From assembly GCA_947450095.1 (NCBI GenBank), contig CANFUF010000006.1, positions 1,004 through 65,003 on the forward strand: DNA of 64,000 bases, written 5' to 3'. This DNA is from Roseiflexaceae bacterium (lineage in GTDB: Bacteria > Chloroflexota > Chloroflexia > Chloroflexales > Roseiflexaceae). The notes beneath the pieces are model-generated. The model was not told where the DNA came from and did not search any database. It worked only from the letters and a program-made list of their open reading frames with translations. The first letter of the stretch is position 1. The number at the start of each line of letters is the position of its first letter. This document shows, one piece after another, positions 9,364 to 17,882 of the stretch. The translations under genes and the position numbers were made by a program.

Positions 9364-12144
9364 ATGGCATTTTTACCACTTCGTGACACAATCGGGCTTC
9401 CTAATGCCATCAAAATATACTGGGATACCCTAGATGTGCCGATTCGGCGCATCTTGGTCAAGCAACTTTTTGCAAATAAAGAACTTATCGATAAGCGCAC
9501 CAAAATACATGCCTATGACGATTTATTAGCCAAAAAACTGAATTTTCGCCAAAAATCTATCATCGAAAAACCCCTTGATTGGCGCATTGATCGCGTAGTG
9601 TTGCTGAGTGAATCACAGACACTGATTATGCACGATATTTGTCGTCGTTATTTGACGATTATGCAGGCGACCATGTTTAGCGAAATTCAAATCATTGCCA
9701 ACGGCGATCAACCAGAACCATCCCAAGGAAAGTATCCAGTGGAATGGTATCTCCGTGTGGTTGATTATTTGACAACCCAGGCCGTTCCCCCATTGGCATG
9801 TATGTTTATGTTTGCCATGTTTGCGGATTGCGAAGGACGCGATCAGGCATTTGCCGACGATCGTTACGAAGCAATTTGGCAAGCTCATTTGGCATGGTAC
9901 CGCGATCGCAGCATCCTCCCTGAATCAGCACAAAGCATCCCCGAAATCCTTACGCCCGTGACCTCAGAACCGCCCACCGATGTGCCAGTGCCACCGAAAA
10001 AAGAACCAGTACGCCCCCAAGCAGTGCGTCTGGTGATTCCTTCTGCCCCTGTGAAAACACTCCCGCTCCGTCCGGTTATGCCACCCCCACCGCCAGCCCT
10101 CGCGACTGTGCCAGCAAGTTTTGGAGCCCTGCAATACTTGGTTAATCGTGCGATTGAAGATTGCTGCGCCCAAATCAAAGGTGCATTGTCCCACGAATCG
10201 ATGCGCGAGGCCTTGCAGGAATTATTGCGCCTCAATAGTAATTCGTTGCCCTATTTTTATCATATAGGCTACTTTCAAGGATTATCAACGGCAAAATTCA
10301 CCAGCGAGAAACAACAAACCCAAATTGGCCAAGCCTGGGCGTTTTTTGGCTTTGTGATGGGAAGTCATCGTGATAATGGTGATGCAGTTGCTGGGGTCAT
10401 CGAACGCAATGCGCTCCTGTGGCAACTCATGCTCAAAAACATCCCGCCTATGGATTTACAAGTACTATACACACTCATGCCGGCATTGATTGCCTATCGC
10501 GCCTATGATGATATCGCCGATATCATGGCGCATAGTAGCGTGCCCTATCTGACCCATGCGGAGCACCCCGATAGTGTGGCCATGGTGATTTATCAAGTGG
10601 CGGCTGATTTGGTGCGTAACGGCACGCAATTGCCCCAAGCAGATCGTATTTTGCAGTTGTTAATTACCCAACTCGATGAGGCCGGTCTGCGCGGTAATTT
10701 ATATGGCCGTTGTTTGCGTAAGCGCGGCCAGTATTTTCGCCGTAAAAAACAATTTCACCAAGCCAGCGAATTATTTCAACAGGCAATTGCCATGCCCGAA
10801 TTTAGTGAAATCGCACAGACCCACGCCGATATCGGTATGGCACTGGCCAATTTCCCCGGGCTTGATGCGTTGCTTCCCAGTGATAATCATGATTTCAGAG
10901 TGGTAATCCCGGCAATTCGTGGCCAACGTGACCATTTCGAACGAGCAGTGCAATCTGGTGTTGGCGATGATACCAATGCGCAATTTGTGTTGGGATTAAT
11001 CGCGTTTGGCGAAGGCGATTACCTCGAGTCGCTGGAATACTTCCGCGTGGCCCAAATCGGGATGGAACGTCAATTGAGTGCCTATAAAGTCCGTGATTTG
11101 TACGATTGGTTGTTGTTCCTCAAAATCCGTACGTGGTCGCAACAAGTACAGCTCAGCGAAATTTCCCTATTTCGGGATGAATTAGAAGTCGTGTTCCGCT
11201 CACAAATCTTTTTCCCATTGAAACATTGGCTCAATATATTCCGCGATGTCAACAAAGTCCATCCCGAAACCGGCCGGATTATCATGATTCACTTGTTTAA
11301 CTATCGTGATGTCGATATTTATGATCTCTGTAGCATCGCAGAAGTATTTGAACAACCCTACGAAATCTGGCGCCGCTACTTTTTTGGCTCAATCAAATAC
11401 AACAACCTCAGTCGTGCCGAAAAATACACCCGTTTAACCGAAGCATGGCATATTGTGTTGGGTAACCATCAAGGTGAGGCCGCAGATTTTGTGCTGGAAT
11501 TGTTCGAAATGCATAGTACGAGCTATAGCGACTATGCGCCGTTGGTCAATCAGTTGTTTATTGAATATCTGGACGATATTTTGCGTTTGTGGGACGAAAC
11601 TGACGTGCTCTACTTACGCGCACAATTGCTGTTCATGTCAGGCCAAAGTGAAGAGGCGATTTCGTTATTGGTACAGCTGTTGAATATTTTTCTGGGGCGC
11701 CAAGAAATTCCCCAAGCCCAAGCAATTTATGCATGGCTTGAGCAACTCCATTACGCCGATATCGCGCAGTATACCCAGATTATCCAAGGTCCGGTTGCCC
11801 GCACCCGGTATGCCACCGAACCGTGTCGGGTGTTGTATGTGGGTGGTAACGAAACCCAGCAAAGTTTTAAAGATGAAATTGTCGCCAAACTTGCAACCAC
11901 CCATCCGCATATTCATGTGGAATGGGAATTGATTGGTTGGCGCTCGAATTGGGGCGACGAAGCCGCCCGCATCGAACGGCGCATCCCCACCGTCGATTTG
12001 GTCATCCTGAGCCCCTATGTGCGCACCTTGTTTGGCCGCCAAATCCGCAAAGCCGCCACCAATTGGCGGGCATCCACCGGCAAAGGCCAAGGCAAAATTT
12101 ATAGTGATATCGTGGCCGCAGTAGAATCATTCCAACTGCGCTAA
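9364..12144 (+). CDS. Large multidomain hypothetical protein: unknown N-domain, Pro-rich linker, TPR-like helical repeats, DUF2325-like C-terminal alpha/beta module
   Basis: 926-aa uninterrupted ORF with GAGGG 5 nt before the ATG. Pro-rich segment at aa ~185-252. TPR-like hairpins (for example NAQFVLGLIAFGEGDYLESLEYFRVAQ). C-terminus reads RVLYVGGNE...VDLVILSPYVRTLFGRQIRKAA. Confidence 0.7.
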   Translation: MAFLPLRDTIGLPNAIKIYWDTLDVPIRRILVKQLFANKELIDKRTKIHAYDDLLAKKLNFRQKSIIEKPLDWRIDRVVLLSESQTLIMHDICRRYLTIMQATMFSEIQIIANGDQPEPSQGKYPVEWYLRVVDYLTTQAVPPLACMFMFAMFADCEGRDQAFADDRYEAIWQAHLAWYRDRSILPESAQSIPEILTPVTSEPPTDVPVPPKKEPVRPQAVRLVIPSAPVKTLPLRPVMPPPPPALATVPASFGALQYLVNRAIEDCCAQIKGALSHESMREALQELLRLNSNSLPYFYHIGYFQGLSTAKFTSEKQQTQIGQAWAFFGFVMGSHRDNGDAVAGVIERNALLWQLMLKNIPPMDLQVLYTLMPALIAYRAYDDIADIMAHSSVPYLTHAEHPDSVAMVIYQVAADLVRNGTQLPQADRILQLLITQLDEAGLRGNLYGRCLRKRGQYFRRKKQFHQASELFQQAIAMPEFSEIAQTHADIGMALANFPGLDALLPSDNHDFRVVIPAIRGQRDHFERAVQSGVGDDTNAQFVLGLIAFGEGDYLESLEYFRVAQIGMERQLSAYKVRDLYDWLLFLKIRTWSQQVQLSEISLFRDELEVVFRSQIFFPLKHWLNIFRDVNKVHPETGRIIMIHLFNYRDVDIYDLCSIAEVFEQPYEIWRRYFFGSIKYNNLSRAEKYTRLTEAWHIVLGNHQGEAADFVLELFEMHSTSYSDYAPLVNQLFIEYLDDILRLWDETDVLYLRAQLLFMSGQSEEAISLLVQLLNIFLGRQEIPQAQAIYAWLEQLHYADIAQYTQIIQGPVARTRYATEPCRVLYVGGNETQQSFKDEIVAKLATTHPHIHVEWELIGWRSNWGDEAARIERRIPTVDLVILSPYVRTLFGRQIRKAATNWRASTGKGQGKIYSDIVAAVESFQLR

Positions 12145-12189
12145 AAAAACCGTACAATACCAAAGTGATACCGCATCAAAGGAGTACTC

Positions 12190-13719
12190 ATGTCAGCCCG
12201 AACTGAAGCATTGTTGCGCGCCTTAAATTTGACTGAACGTAACCTCGGCACCTGTAGCGGTCCCGAATGGCTCCAAACCAGCGGCGAATGGATTCCCAGC
12301 TATGATCCAGCTACCGGCGAAGTCATCGCCTATGTTCAATCCGCCGATATAGCCAGCTATGACGCCACCGTGGCCGCGGCTCAAGCCGCATTTGCCACGT
12401 GGCGCAATGTGCCTGCTCCCAAACGTGGTGAAATGATCCGCGATTTGGGAAATTTGCTCCGTGAATACAAAGAACCCTTGGGTGAACTCGTAGCCCTCGA
12501 AATGGGCAAAATCCGCCCCGAAGGATTGGGCGAAGTCCAAGAAATGATCGACATCTGCGATTTTGCGGTGGGCCTCAGCCGCCAATTGTACGGCTTGACT
12601 ATGCACAGCGAGCGCCCCCAACATCGCATGTACGAACAATGGCATCCCCTCGGTCCCATCGGGATTATCTCGGCTTTCAACTTCCCCGTGGCGGTCTGGA
12701 GCTGGAATGCCGCCATCGCTGCAGTATGTGGCGATACCAACGTCTGGAAGCCGTCAGAATTGGTGCCGTTGACCGCCGTGGCAGTGCAGCATCTCGCCAA
12801 TCGCGTCATGGCTGCGCATGGCGTCACTGGTGTCTTTACCTTGGCGGTCGGTAATGGTGCCGTAATTGGCCAACGGATGTCCGAAGACACCCGCTTGCCC
12901 TTGATTTCGTTTACCGGCAGCACCCGTACCGGCCGCAAAGTTGCCCAAACCGTCGCCGGGCGCTTTGGTAAATCGATCCTCGAACTCGGTGGCAACAACG
13001 CCATCATCGTCACTGCCAATGCCGACCTCGACATGACGGTACGGGCGGTATTGTTTGGTGCGGTGGGTACCGCTGGTCAGCGTTGTACCACTACGCGGCG
13101 CTTGATTGTCCACGAAAGTGTGGTTGAGGCCTTGTGTCAACGCCTCGTCAAGGCCTATGCCAGCGTCCCCATCGGCAATCCCCTCGACGCCGGTACCTTG
13201 GTTGGGCCATTGGCAACCACCGCAGCGGTGACGTCGATGATGGCGGCTCTTGAGCGTGCCCAAGCCGGCGGTGGTCAGGTGTTGGTGGGGGGCAAGGCCC
13301 GTCCCGACATCGGCGCTAACTTTGTCGAGCCAACGATTGTACGTATGCCCAAACAAATCGACGTCGTCTGCGAAGAAACCTTTGCGCCGATTTTGTATAT
13401 CATGAGCTACTCGACTATTGACCAAGCCATTGCCATGCATAATGACGTGGCTCAAGGTTTGAGCAGTGCGATCTTTACTGATAGCATGCGCGAAGCCGAA
13501 TTGTTCTTGTCACACGGTGGGAGCGATTGTGGGATTGCCAACGTCAATATTGGTACTAGCGGTGCCGAAATCGGTGGCGCATTTGGTGGCGAAAAAGAAA
13601 CCGGCGGTGGTCGTGAAAGCGGCAGCGATGCATGGCGGGCTTATATGCGCCGCCAGACCAATACCATCAATTGGGGCAACAGCTTGCCATTGGCCCAAGG
13701 CATCCAGTTCGGCGATTAA
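12190..13719 (+). CDS. Aldehyde dehydrogenase, ALDH7 / alpha-aminoadipic-semialdehyde (piperideine-6-carboxylate) dehydrogenase-like
   Basis: FNFPVAVWSWNAAIA, KPSE, ELGGNNA and GTAGQRCTT (catalytic Glu and Cys). N-terminal pattern SGEWIPSYDPATGEVIA is typical of antiquitin-type enzymes. Confidence 0.85.
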   Translation: MSARTEALLRALNLTERNLGTCSGPEWLQTSGEWIPSYDPATGEVIAYVQSADIASYDATVAAAQAAFATWRNVPAPKRGEMIRDLGNLLREYKEPLGELVALEMGKIRPEGLGEVQEMIDICDFAVGLSRQLYGLTMHSERPQHRMYEQWHPLGPIGIISAFNFPVAVWSWNAAIAAVCGDTNVWKPSELVPLTAVAVQHLANRVMAAHGVTGVFTLAVGNGAVIGQRMSEDTRLPLISFTGSTRTGRKVAQTVAGRFGKSILELGGNNAIIVTANADLDMTVRAVLFGAVGTAGQRCTTTRRLIVHESVVEALCQRLVKAYASVPIGNPLDAGTLVGPLATTAAVTSMMAALERAQAGGGQVLVGGKARPDIGANFVEPTIVRMPKQIDVVCEETFAPILYIMSYSTIDQAIAMHNDVAQGLSSAIFTDSMREAELFLSHGGSDCGIANVNIGTSGAEIGGAFGGEKETGGGRESGSDAWRAYMRRQTNTINWGNSLPLAQGIQFGD

Positions 13720-13732
13720 TCATAGATAAACG

Positions 13733-13771
13733 AAATCCCCGTGTAGTGCAGATGCACTACACGGGGATTTT
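13733..13771. terminator. Bidirectional rho-independent terminator between convergent genes
   Basis: aaatccccgtgtagtgca (13733-13750) pairs with tgcactacacggggattt (13753-13770). A-run before, T-run after. Confidence 0.7.
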
Positions 13772-13781
13772 GCTGTATAAC

Positions 13782-14531
13782 CTACAAAAACGTTTGTAAC
13801 GCCCACACCAACAACGGTCCGATTAACAATGCTGGTAGTAAGGCGGCGATGCGTAGTTTGGTGATGTCGAGCAGATTTAAGCCTAACCCCAACAAAATAA
13901 TCCCACCGGTACAGGTCGCGATCAATACCGTGGGGTTGTGGGTTGGGTCAGGGACAAGTTGAGCTAAACTCCCTGCCGCCAATGAAATTCCCCCTTGGAA
14001 CAACAACAACGGTACTGCCGACACCAGCACTCCCAGCCCATAGCTACTCGCCAAGGCGGCTGCGGTAATGGTGTCGAGGACGGTTTTGATAATCAAGAGT
14101 TGATTGTCGCCCCGTAAGCCATTGTCGATACTCCCCAAAATCGTGACGGGACCCACACAAAAAATCAAAAACGCGGCGAATAATCCTTCGCTAAAGCGTT
14201 GGTCATTGCTCTGCCCCAAGCGTTGTTGTACGCTGTTGGCGAGTGATCCGAGGCGGGCATCGAGATTGAGTGCTTCGCCGATACCACCGCCGACGGTGAT
14301 TGCGACTAACGCGATTACGATGCCGGCTACCCCGTGAATCGAAATATCACTGAGTCCCCAGGCAATCCGCATCCCCAGAAATAATGTGGTGAGCCCGATT
14401 GCTGATTGAACGGTATTGGCGATGCGTGGTGGTAAGGAATTGCGAAAAAAAAGCCCGACCAACGCCCCAATTAATACCCCGATGGCGTTGAGCACGCTCC
14501 CGTTGGTTTGTTGCCATAATGACAAAAGCAT
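13782..14531 (-). CDS. DUF554 (YqgA/YdfK-like) membrane protein
   Basis: GSVLNAIGVLIGALVGLFFRNSLPPRIANTVQSAIGLTTLFLGM matches the DUF554 N-terminal pattern. Polytopic, 249 aa. Confidence 0.75.
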   Translation of the reverse strand: MLLSLWQQTNGSVLNAIGVLIGALVGLFFRNSLPPRIANTVQSAIGLTTLFLGMRIAWGLSDISIHGVAGIVIALVAITVGGGIGEALNLDARLGSLANSVQQRLGQSNDQRFSEGLFAAFLIFCVGPVTILGSIDNGLRGDNQLLIIKTVLDTITAAALASSYGLGVLVSAVPLLLFQGGISLAAGSLAQLVPDPTHNPTVLIATCTGGIILLGLGLNLLDITKLRIAALLPALLIGPLLVWALQTFL

Positions 14532-14534
14532 TGA

Positions 14535-14589
14535 GCCCTCCTCGTAATTTTTGTGTGTATTGATTATACGAGATAATGAGGGCTTTTTT
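14535..14589 (-). promoter_or_regulatory. Leader hairpin overlapping the Shine-Dalgarno of the DUF554 gene
   Basis: On the minus-strand mRNA, gccctc...ctcgta pairs with tacgag-gagggc. The 3' arm contains the GGAGGG SD, 4-10 nt before ATG 14531. Confidence 0.3.
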
Positions 14590-14629
14590 GTGGTGTCGTG
14601 TGTGTGATAATGCGCTATGCTGGTCTGCG

Positions 14630-15217
14630 TTAATTCATCTGATGGATTACAGACTGTTGGGTCATGATGCGCTCTGCAACAGGGTGGCCACCCATGAGCA
14701 TCTGCCCATTATCGAGGAATAATGCCCCTGTGAGTACGCGTGATGACCGACCCATCAAAAACAGCATCGTGGTGTTTGGTGTGTGCGAGGATTTTTTTTG
14801 GCGGATACAGTTGATACGTACGCGCTGATATGCCCACATTAATGATTGTCTGCGGAAATATGTTTCGATTTCGTGAATGTTGCAATTATTTTCGCTGATG
14901 CAGGCTACATATGACAGCGACTGTTTAATCATCAGTGGTAATGGCAATAATGTGCATAATTGAATTCCAAATTGCCAACTAAGTGCGGTACTGTCTGCCT
15001 GAATCGTATTTATAATTGCATCAATTTGTTGGACTTGTGCTAAACTGTTGTTTATACGCTGTAACAATGTACTCCAATCATTGACTGACGAGTGTGCCTC
15101 CCAAATCGTCGTCGGGTGCGGTTGGCTATGCGTCAATCTGACCGTAATATCGAGCGCGGTACAGTCAATTGTTACGTTGATTTGCTGTTCGTTGGTGTCC
15201 CAACATGAAATGGGCAT
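14630..15217 (-). CDS. Hypothetical protein (no family recognised)
   Basis: Low-GC ORF. Start taken at MPISCWD (15217) so it does not overlap the divergent GntR gene. The C-terminal GALFLDNGQMLMGGHPVAE only vaguely recalls sugar-kinase/ROK glycine motifs. Confidence 0.4.
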   Translation of the reverse strand: MPISCWDTNEQQINVTIDCTALDITVRLTHSQPHPTTIWEAHSSVNDWSTLLQRINNSLAQVQQIDAIINTIQADSTALSWQFGIQLCTLLPLPLMIKQSLSYVACISENNCNIHEIETYFRRQSLMWAYQRVRINCIRQKKSSHTPNTTMLFLMGRSSRVLTGALFLDNGQMLMGGHPVAERIMTQQSVIHQMN

Positions 15218-15307
15218 AACTGCCTCAATGGTAATATACGTTTTAGAATAGAAAACCCGTGTACCTGTATGATAGGTTTTGAATAGTATACATGAGGATA
15301 GATTACT

Positions 15308-16069
15308 GTGCAAGAACATGGGGCATTGCGTAAAATCGCCAAAATCACGTTAGTAGAACAGACTGTCGATCGTGTGCAGTCATATGTATTGAGCCGGCAA
15401 TTACAACCTGGTGATACCTTGCCGTCAGAGATGCGTTTAGCCGAGACACTCGGCGTAAGTCGCCCTGTAGTGCGTGAAGCATTACGTACCTTGGTAGGAC
15501 GGGGGATGTTGACCATCGCCAATGGACGGAATGCCATTATCAGCCCGGTAACCGCCACTGCGTTGGTGCATTTTTTTGAGCGGGCTACGCAATTAAATGC
15601 GGTGACGGTGGTTGAGTTACTCGAAGTACGGCGTGGCATTGAAGTTCAGTCGATTTCGCTGGCAGCCCAACGTCGCACTGATGACCATATTGCAAAATTA
15701 AAATCGTTGCTAGCTGCGATGTACGATACGCGCTATGATTTGCAGTTGTATAGTGAGTTTGATGCGCAGTTGCATTTGCAATTTGCCGCAGCAAGTCAAA
15801 ATCAGATGATTTATTATTTTGTGGAATCACTCGGTGATGCATTGCGTCAAGTGAGCTTAGCAGGGCTTCAACATCGCCGAAATCGTGCTGAATTAGACGA
15901 AGTTCATCAAATGCATCAACAACTGGTATTTGCGGTGATAACCCAAAATAGTGCACTGGCGGAATTATCTATGGCATCACATGTAGAATCCGCAATGGTT
16001 GCGTTACGTCGCACTGGTGAAGATGGCGTGATTTCGGGAACTTCTACGGATAAAATGACGTCGTTGTAA
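15308..16069 (+). CDS. GntR/FadR family transcriptional regulator (winged HTH plus FCD domain)
   Basis: LPSEMRLAETLGVSRPVVREALRTLVGRGML is the GntR HTH signature. Helical C-terminal FCD-like half. GTG start. Confidence 0.85.
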   Translation: MQEHGALRKIAKITLVEQTVDRVQSYVLSRQLQPGDTLPSEMRLAETLGVSRPVVREALRTLVGRGMLTIANGRNAIISPVTATALVHFFERATQLNAVTVVELLEVRRGIEVQSISLAAQRRTDDHIAKLKSLLAAMYDTRYDLQLYSEFDAQLHLQFAAASQNQMIYYFVESLGDALRQVSLAGLQHRRNRAELDEVHQMHQQLVFAVITQNSALAELSMASHVESAMVALRRTGEDGVISGTSTDKMTSL

Positions 16070-16109
16070 TAGGTAATAGTGCTGATGATCCACTGAATGT
16101 GTATCGTTT

Positions 16110-16138
16110 TTGACAAATCACTGGTAAGTATGTACTAT
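16110..16138 (+). promoter_or_regulatory. Candidate sigma-70-type promoter for the MerR-family gene
   Basis: TTGACA (16110-16115), a 17-nt spacer, then TACTAT (16133-16138), about 38 nt upstream of ATG 16176. Confidence 0.35.
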
Positions 16139-16175
16139 TGCTGTAAGTTTTCGGTAATACTGTAAGGATTACTCA

Positions 16176-16835
16176 ATGAATAAAGATGGCGTAACAATAA
16201 ACGAATTATCCAAGATGGCAAATGTCACGGTGCGCACAATTCGGTTTTATACCGATGAGGGTGTGCTTGATGAGCCAGCTGGCCGCGATCGCTATGCCCG
16301 CTATACGCGCAGACACTATCTGCAGTTGAATGCCGCCCGAACCCTCAAAGAGCGCTTTCTGCCGTTGCGGGTGATTCGTGATCAAATGGCGTCGATGAGT
16401 GAATCCGATCTTGAGCGATTGGCTGGCCCAATTCCAACGCCTATTGAAGCCCGCTTCAATGAGGCCGAAGGAATTGAGAGTGCGACTGCGGCACATATTA
16501 TTGCGGCTCAGCAAATTGCATCGGTTGCATCAATGCCCCACCATGTGCGTTCGTTTGCGCCGCTTGACAATGATCTTAGTGCGAAATCACTTAATGAATC
16601 TGAATTTGATTTTTTGAGTGAGACCGTACACGAAGAACCCATCAAGCCAAAATTTACCATGCAAAGTGATCGTGGTTTGGTTCGTCATAATCAACCTGCG
16701 CAACCAGTGAATGCAATTGGCGATGTGTGGCATCGGATTGTGATTAGCCCGAGTATGGAACTCCATGTGCGTGAAGACGGTATGCAAGAAGCTGGCGAAA
16801 TTCGCCGTATATTGGCCTCGTTGCGTAAACGATAA
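16176..16835 (+). CDS. MerR family transcriptional regulator with uncharacterised C-terminal half
   Basis: INELSKMANVTVRTIRFYTDEGVLDEP...RYARYTRRHYLQL is a MerR-type HTH. The C-terminal ~130 aa lack Cys and match no family I recognise. Confidence 0.8.
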   Translation: MNKDGVTINELSKMANVTVRTIRFYTDEGVLDEPAGRDRYARYTRRHYLQLNAARTLKERFLPLRVIRDQMASMSESDLERLAGPIPTPIEARFNEAEGIESATAAHIIAAQQIASVASMPHHVRSFAPLDNDLSAKSLNESEFDFLSETVHEEPIKPKFTMQSDRGLVRHNQPAQPVNAIGDVWHRIVISPSMELHVREDGMQEAGEIRRILASLRKR

Positions 16836-16858
16836 TTTCGTCAATTAAACAGTACCTC

Positions 16859-16894
16859 ATCCCCTTTGATAATTGTATCAAGGGGGATTTTTTT
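16859..16894 (+). terminator. Rho-independent terminator after the MerR gene
   Basis: atcccctttgata (16859-16871) pairs with tatcaagggggat (16876-16888), followed by T7 (16888-16894). Confidence 0.7.
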
Positions 16895-16987
16895 GATGAA
16901 AAAACGATGAGAAAATCGTATGTGTTGTGAATACAAGAAATACCAGTGCTATGATAGTGCTGATTCGTGACGATCAAAGGAATTTAC

Positions 16988-17452
16988 ATGTCGGATGTAC
17001 GCAAACGGAATGCGTGGAATGTGGTCATTGATACGGCAATTTTTGTGGCGTTTGTAGTAGCTACTGCGCCACGGTTTACAGGGATTGCGCTCCATGAATG
17101 GTTGAGTATCGCGTTTGCTGCCGTGATTGTGATTCATTTAGTGGTGCATTGGCAGTGGGTTATCACCGTCGGGATGGGCTTTATCCGTAGATTAGGTGCT
17201 GCAGGCCGGTTTAGTTTTGTGCTGAATTTGTTGCTATTTATTGCAGTGACTTTGTTGATTTATAGTGGGGTTGCTATTTCCCGTGATGTCATGCCGGCGC
17301 TTGGGATTGATATTCGAGGCGCAATGGCGTGGCGGGGGTTGCATCGTGCGTTTTCAAATATTAGTGTGGTGTTGATTGGATTGCATGTGGCCTTGCATTG
17401 GCGTTGGATTGTCAATTTGTTTCGCCGGCAATCACGAACTATGACGAAATAG
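16988..17452 (+). CDS. DUF4405-like membrane protein (putative heme-b-binding, His-rich TM helices)
   Basis: Four TM segments with paired histidines (IALHEW...VIVIHLVVHWQW; GLHRAF...IGLHVALHWRW). ATG 16988 is preceded by AAGGA. Confidence 0.6.
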   Translation: MSDVRKRNAWNVVIDTAIFVAFVVATAPRFTGIALHEWLSIAFAAVIVIHLVVHWQWVITVGMGFIRRLGAAGRFSFVLNLLLFIAVTLLIYSGVAISRDVMPALGIDIRGAMAWRGLHRAFSNISVVLIGLHVALHWRWIVNLFRRQSRTMTK

Positions 17453-17463
17453 GAGTAGTGTAG

Positions 17464-17745
17464 ATGAAGTCGATTTTACATGGCGTAATTGTGTTGATTG
17501 TGGCTGCCACAATTGCGTGGTCTGCCCAATTCGCACTTGATCAGGGCAAATTAGGAGATTTGCATTTTGCCGAAGGACGGGGCCCTGGCTTGCGGATTGG
17601 TGGCGATGGTGGTGGTGAAGGTCGTCGCCGTGGCCAAGGGAACGTGGGTGAACTTGTCGGCACATTGCTCGAAATGACGGCGATTACCACCGTAGTGGTA
17701 ATTGGTGGCAAAATTCGCCAAGCACGCCGGCGCCGTAGTCGTTAA
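17464..17745 (+). CDS. Hypothetical small membrane-anchored Gly/Arg-rich protein
   Basis: 93 aa with GGAG 7 nt upstream. N-terminal TM (VIVLIVAATIAWSA), a GGDGGGEGRRRGQG stretch, a second hydrophobic segment and an RRRRSR tail. Lies 11 nt after the DUF4405 gene. Confidence 0.45.
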   Translation: MKSILHGVIVLIVAATIAWSAQFALDQGKLGDLHFAEGRGPGLRIGGDGGGEGRRRGQGNVGELVGTLLEMTAITTVVVIGGKIRQARRRRSR

Positions 17746-17882
17746 TTGCATGCCATTGGCGTGCAAAGAGTCCGCGGAGCTGTTTTCAATTTTCTTCATC
17801 AAATCTAAACAAAACTTGGGGAACGTTTATTGGTGTGCGGCGGTCTGTATGCCATAAGCTGATTTCAATGAAGGACAAAACG

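Noticed and set aside
12381-13455. Large antisense ORFs inside well-supported genes (this pair inside the ALDH gene; also 20711..21364, 23757..24548, 45543..46574, 53499..54221, 58738..59370, 62405..63037)
   Set aside because: These are typical shadow ORFs of GC-rich coding regions. The opposite-strand genes carry clear catalytic motifs, while these have biased His/Gly/Arg composition and no start signals.
14535-14589. The same hairpin interpreted as an ordinary plus-strand intrinsic terminator
   Set aside because: No plus-strand gene ends anywhere near it; both flanking genes are on the minus strand. It is kept only as a leader or anti-SD candidate, with antisense termination as the alternative.
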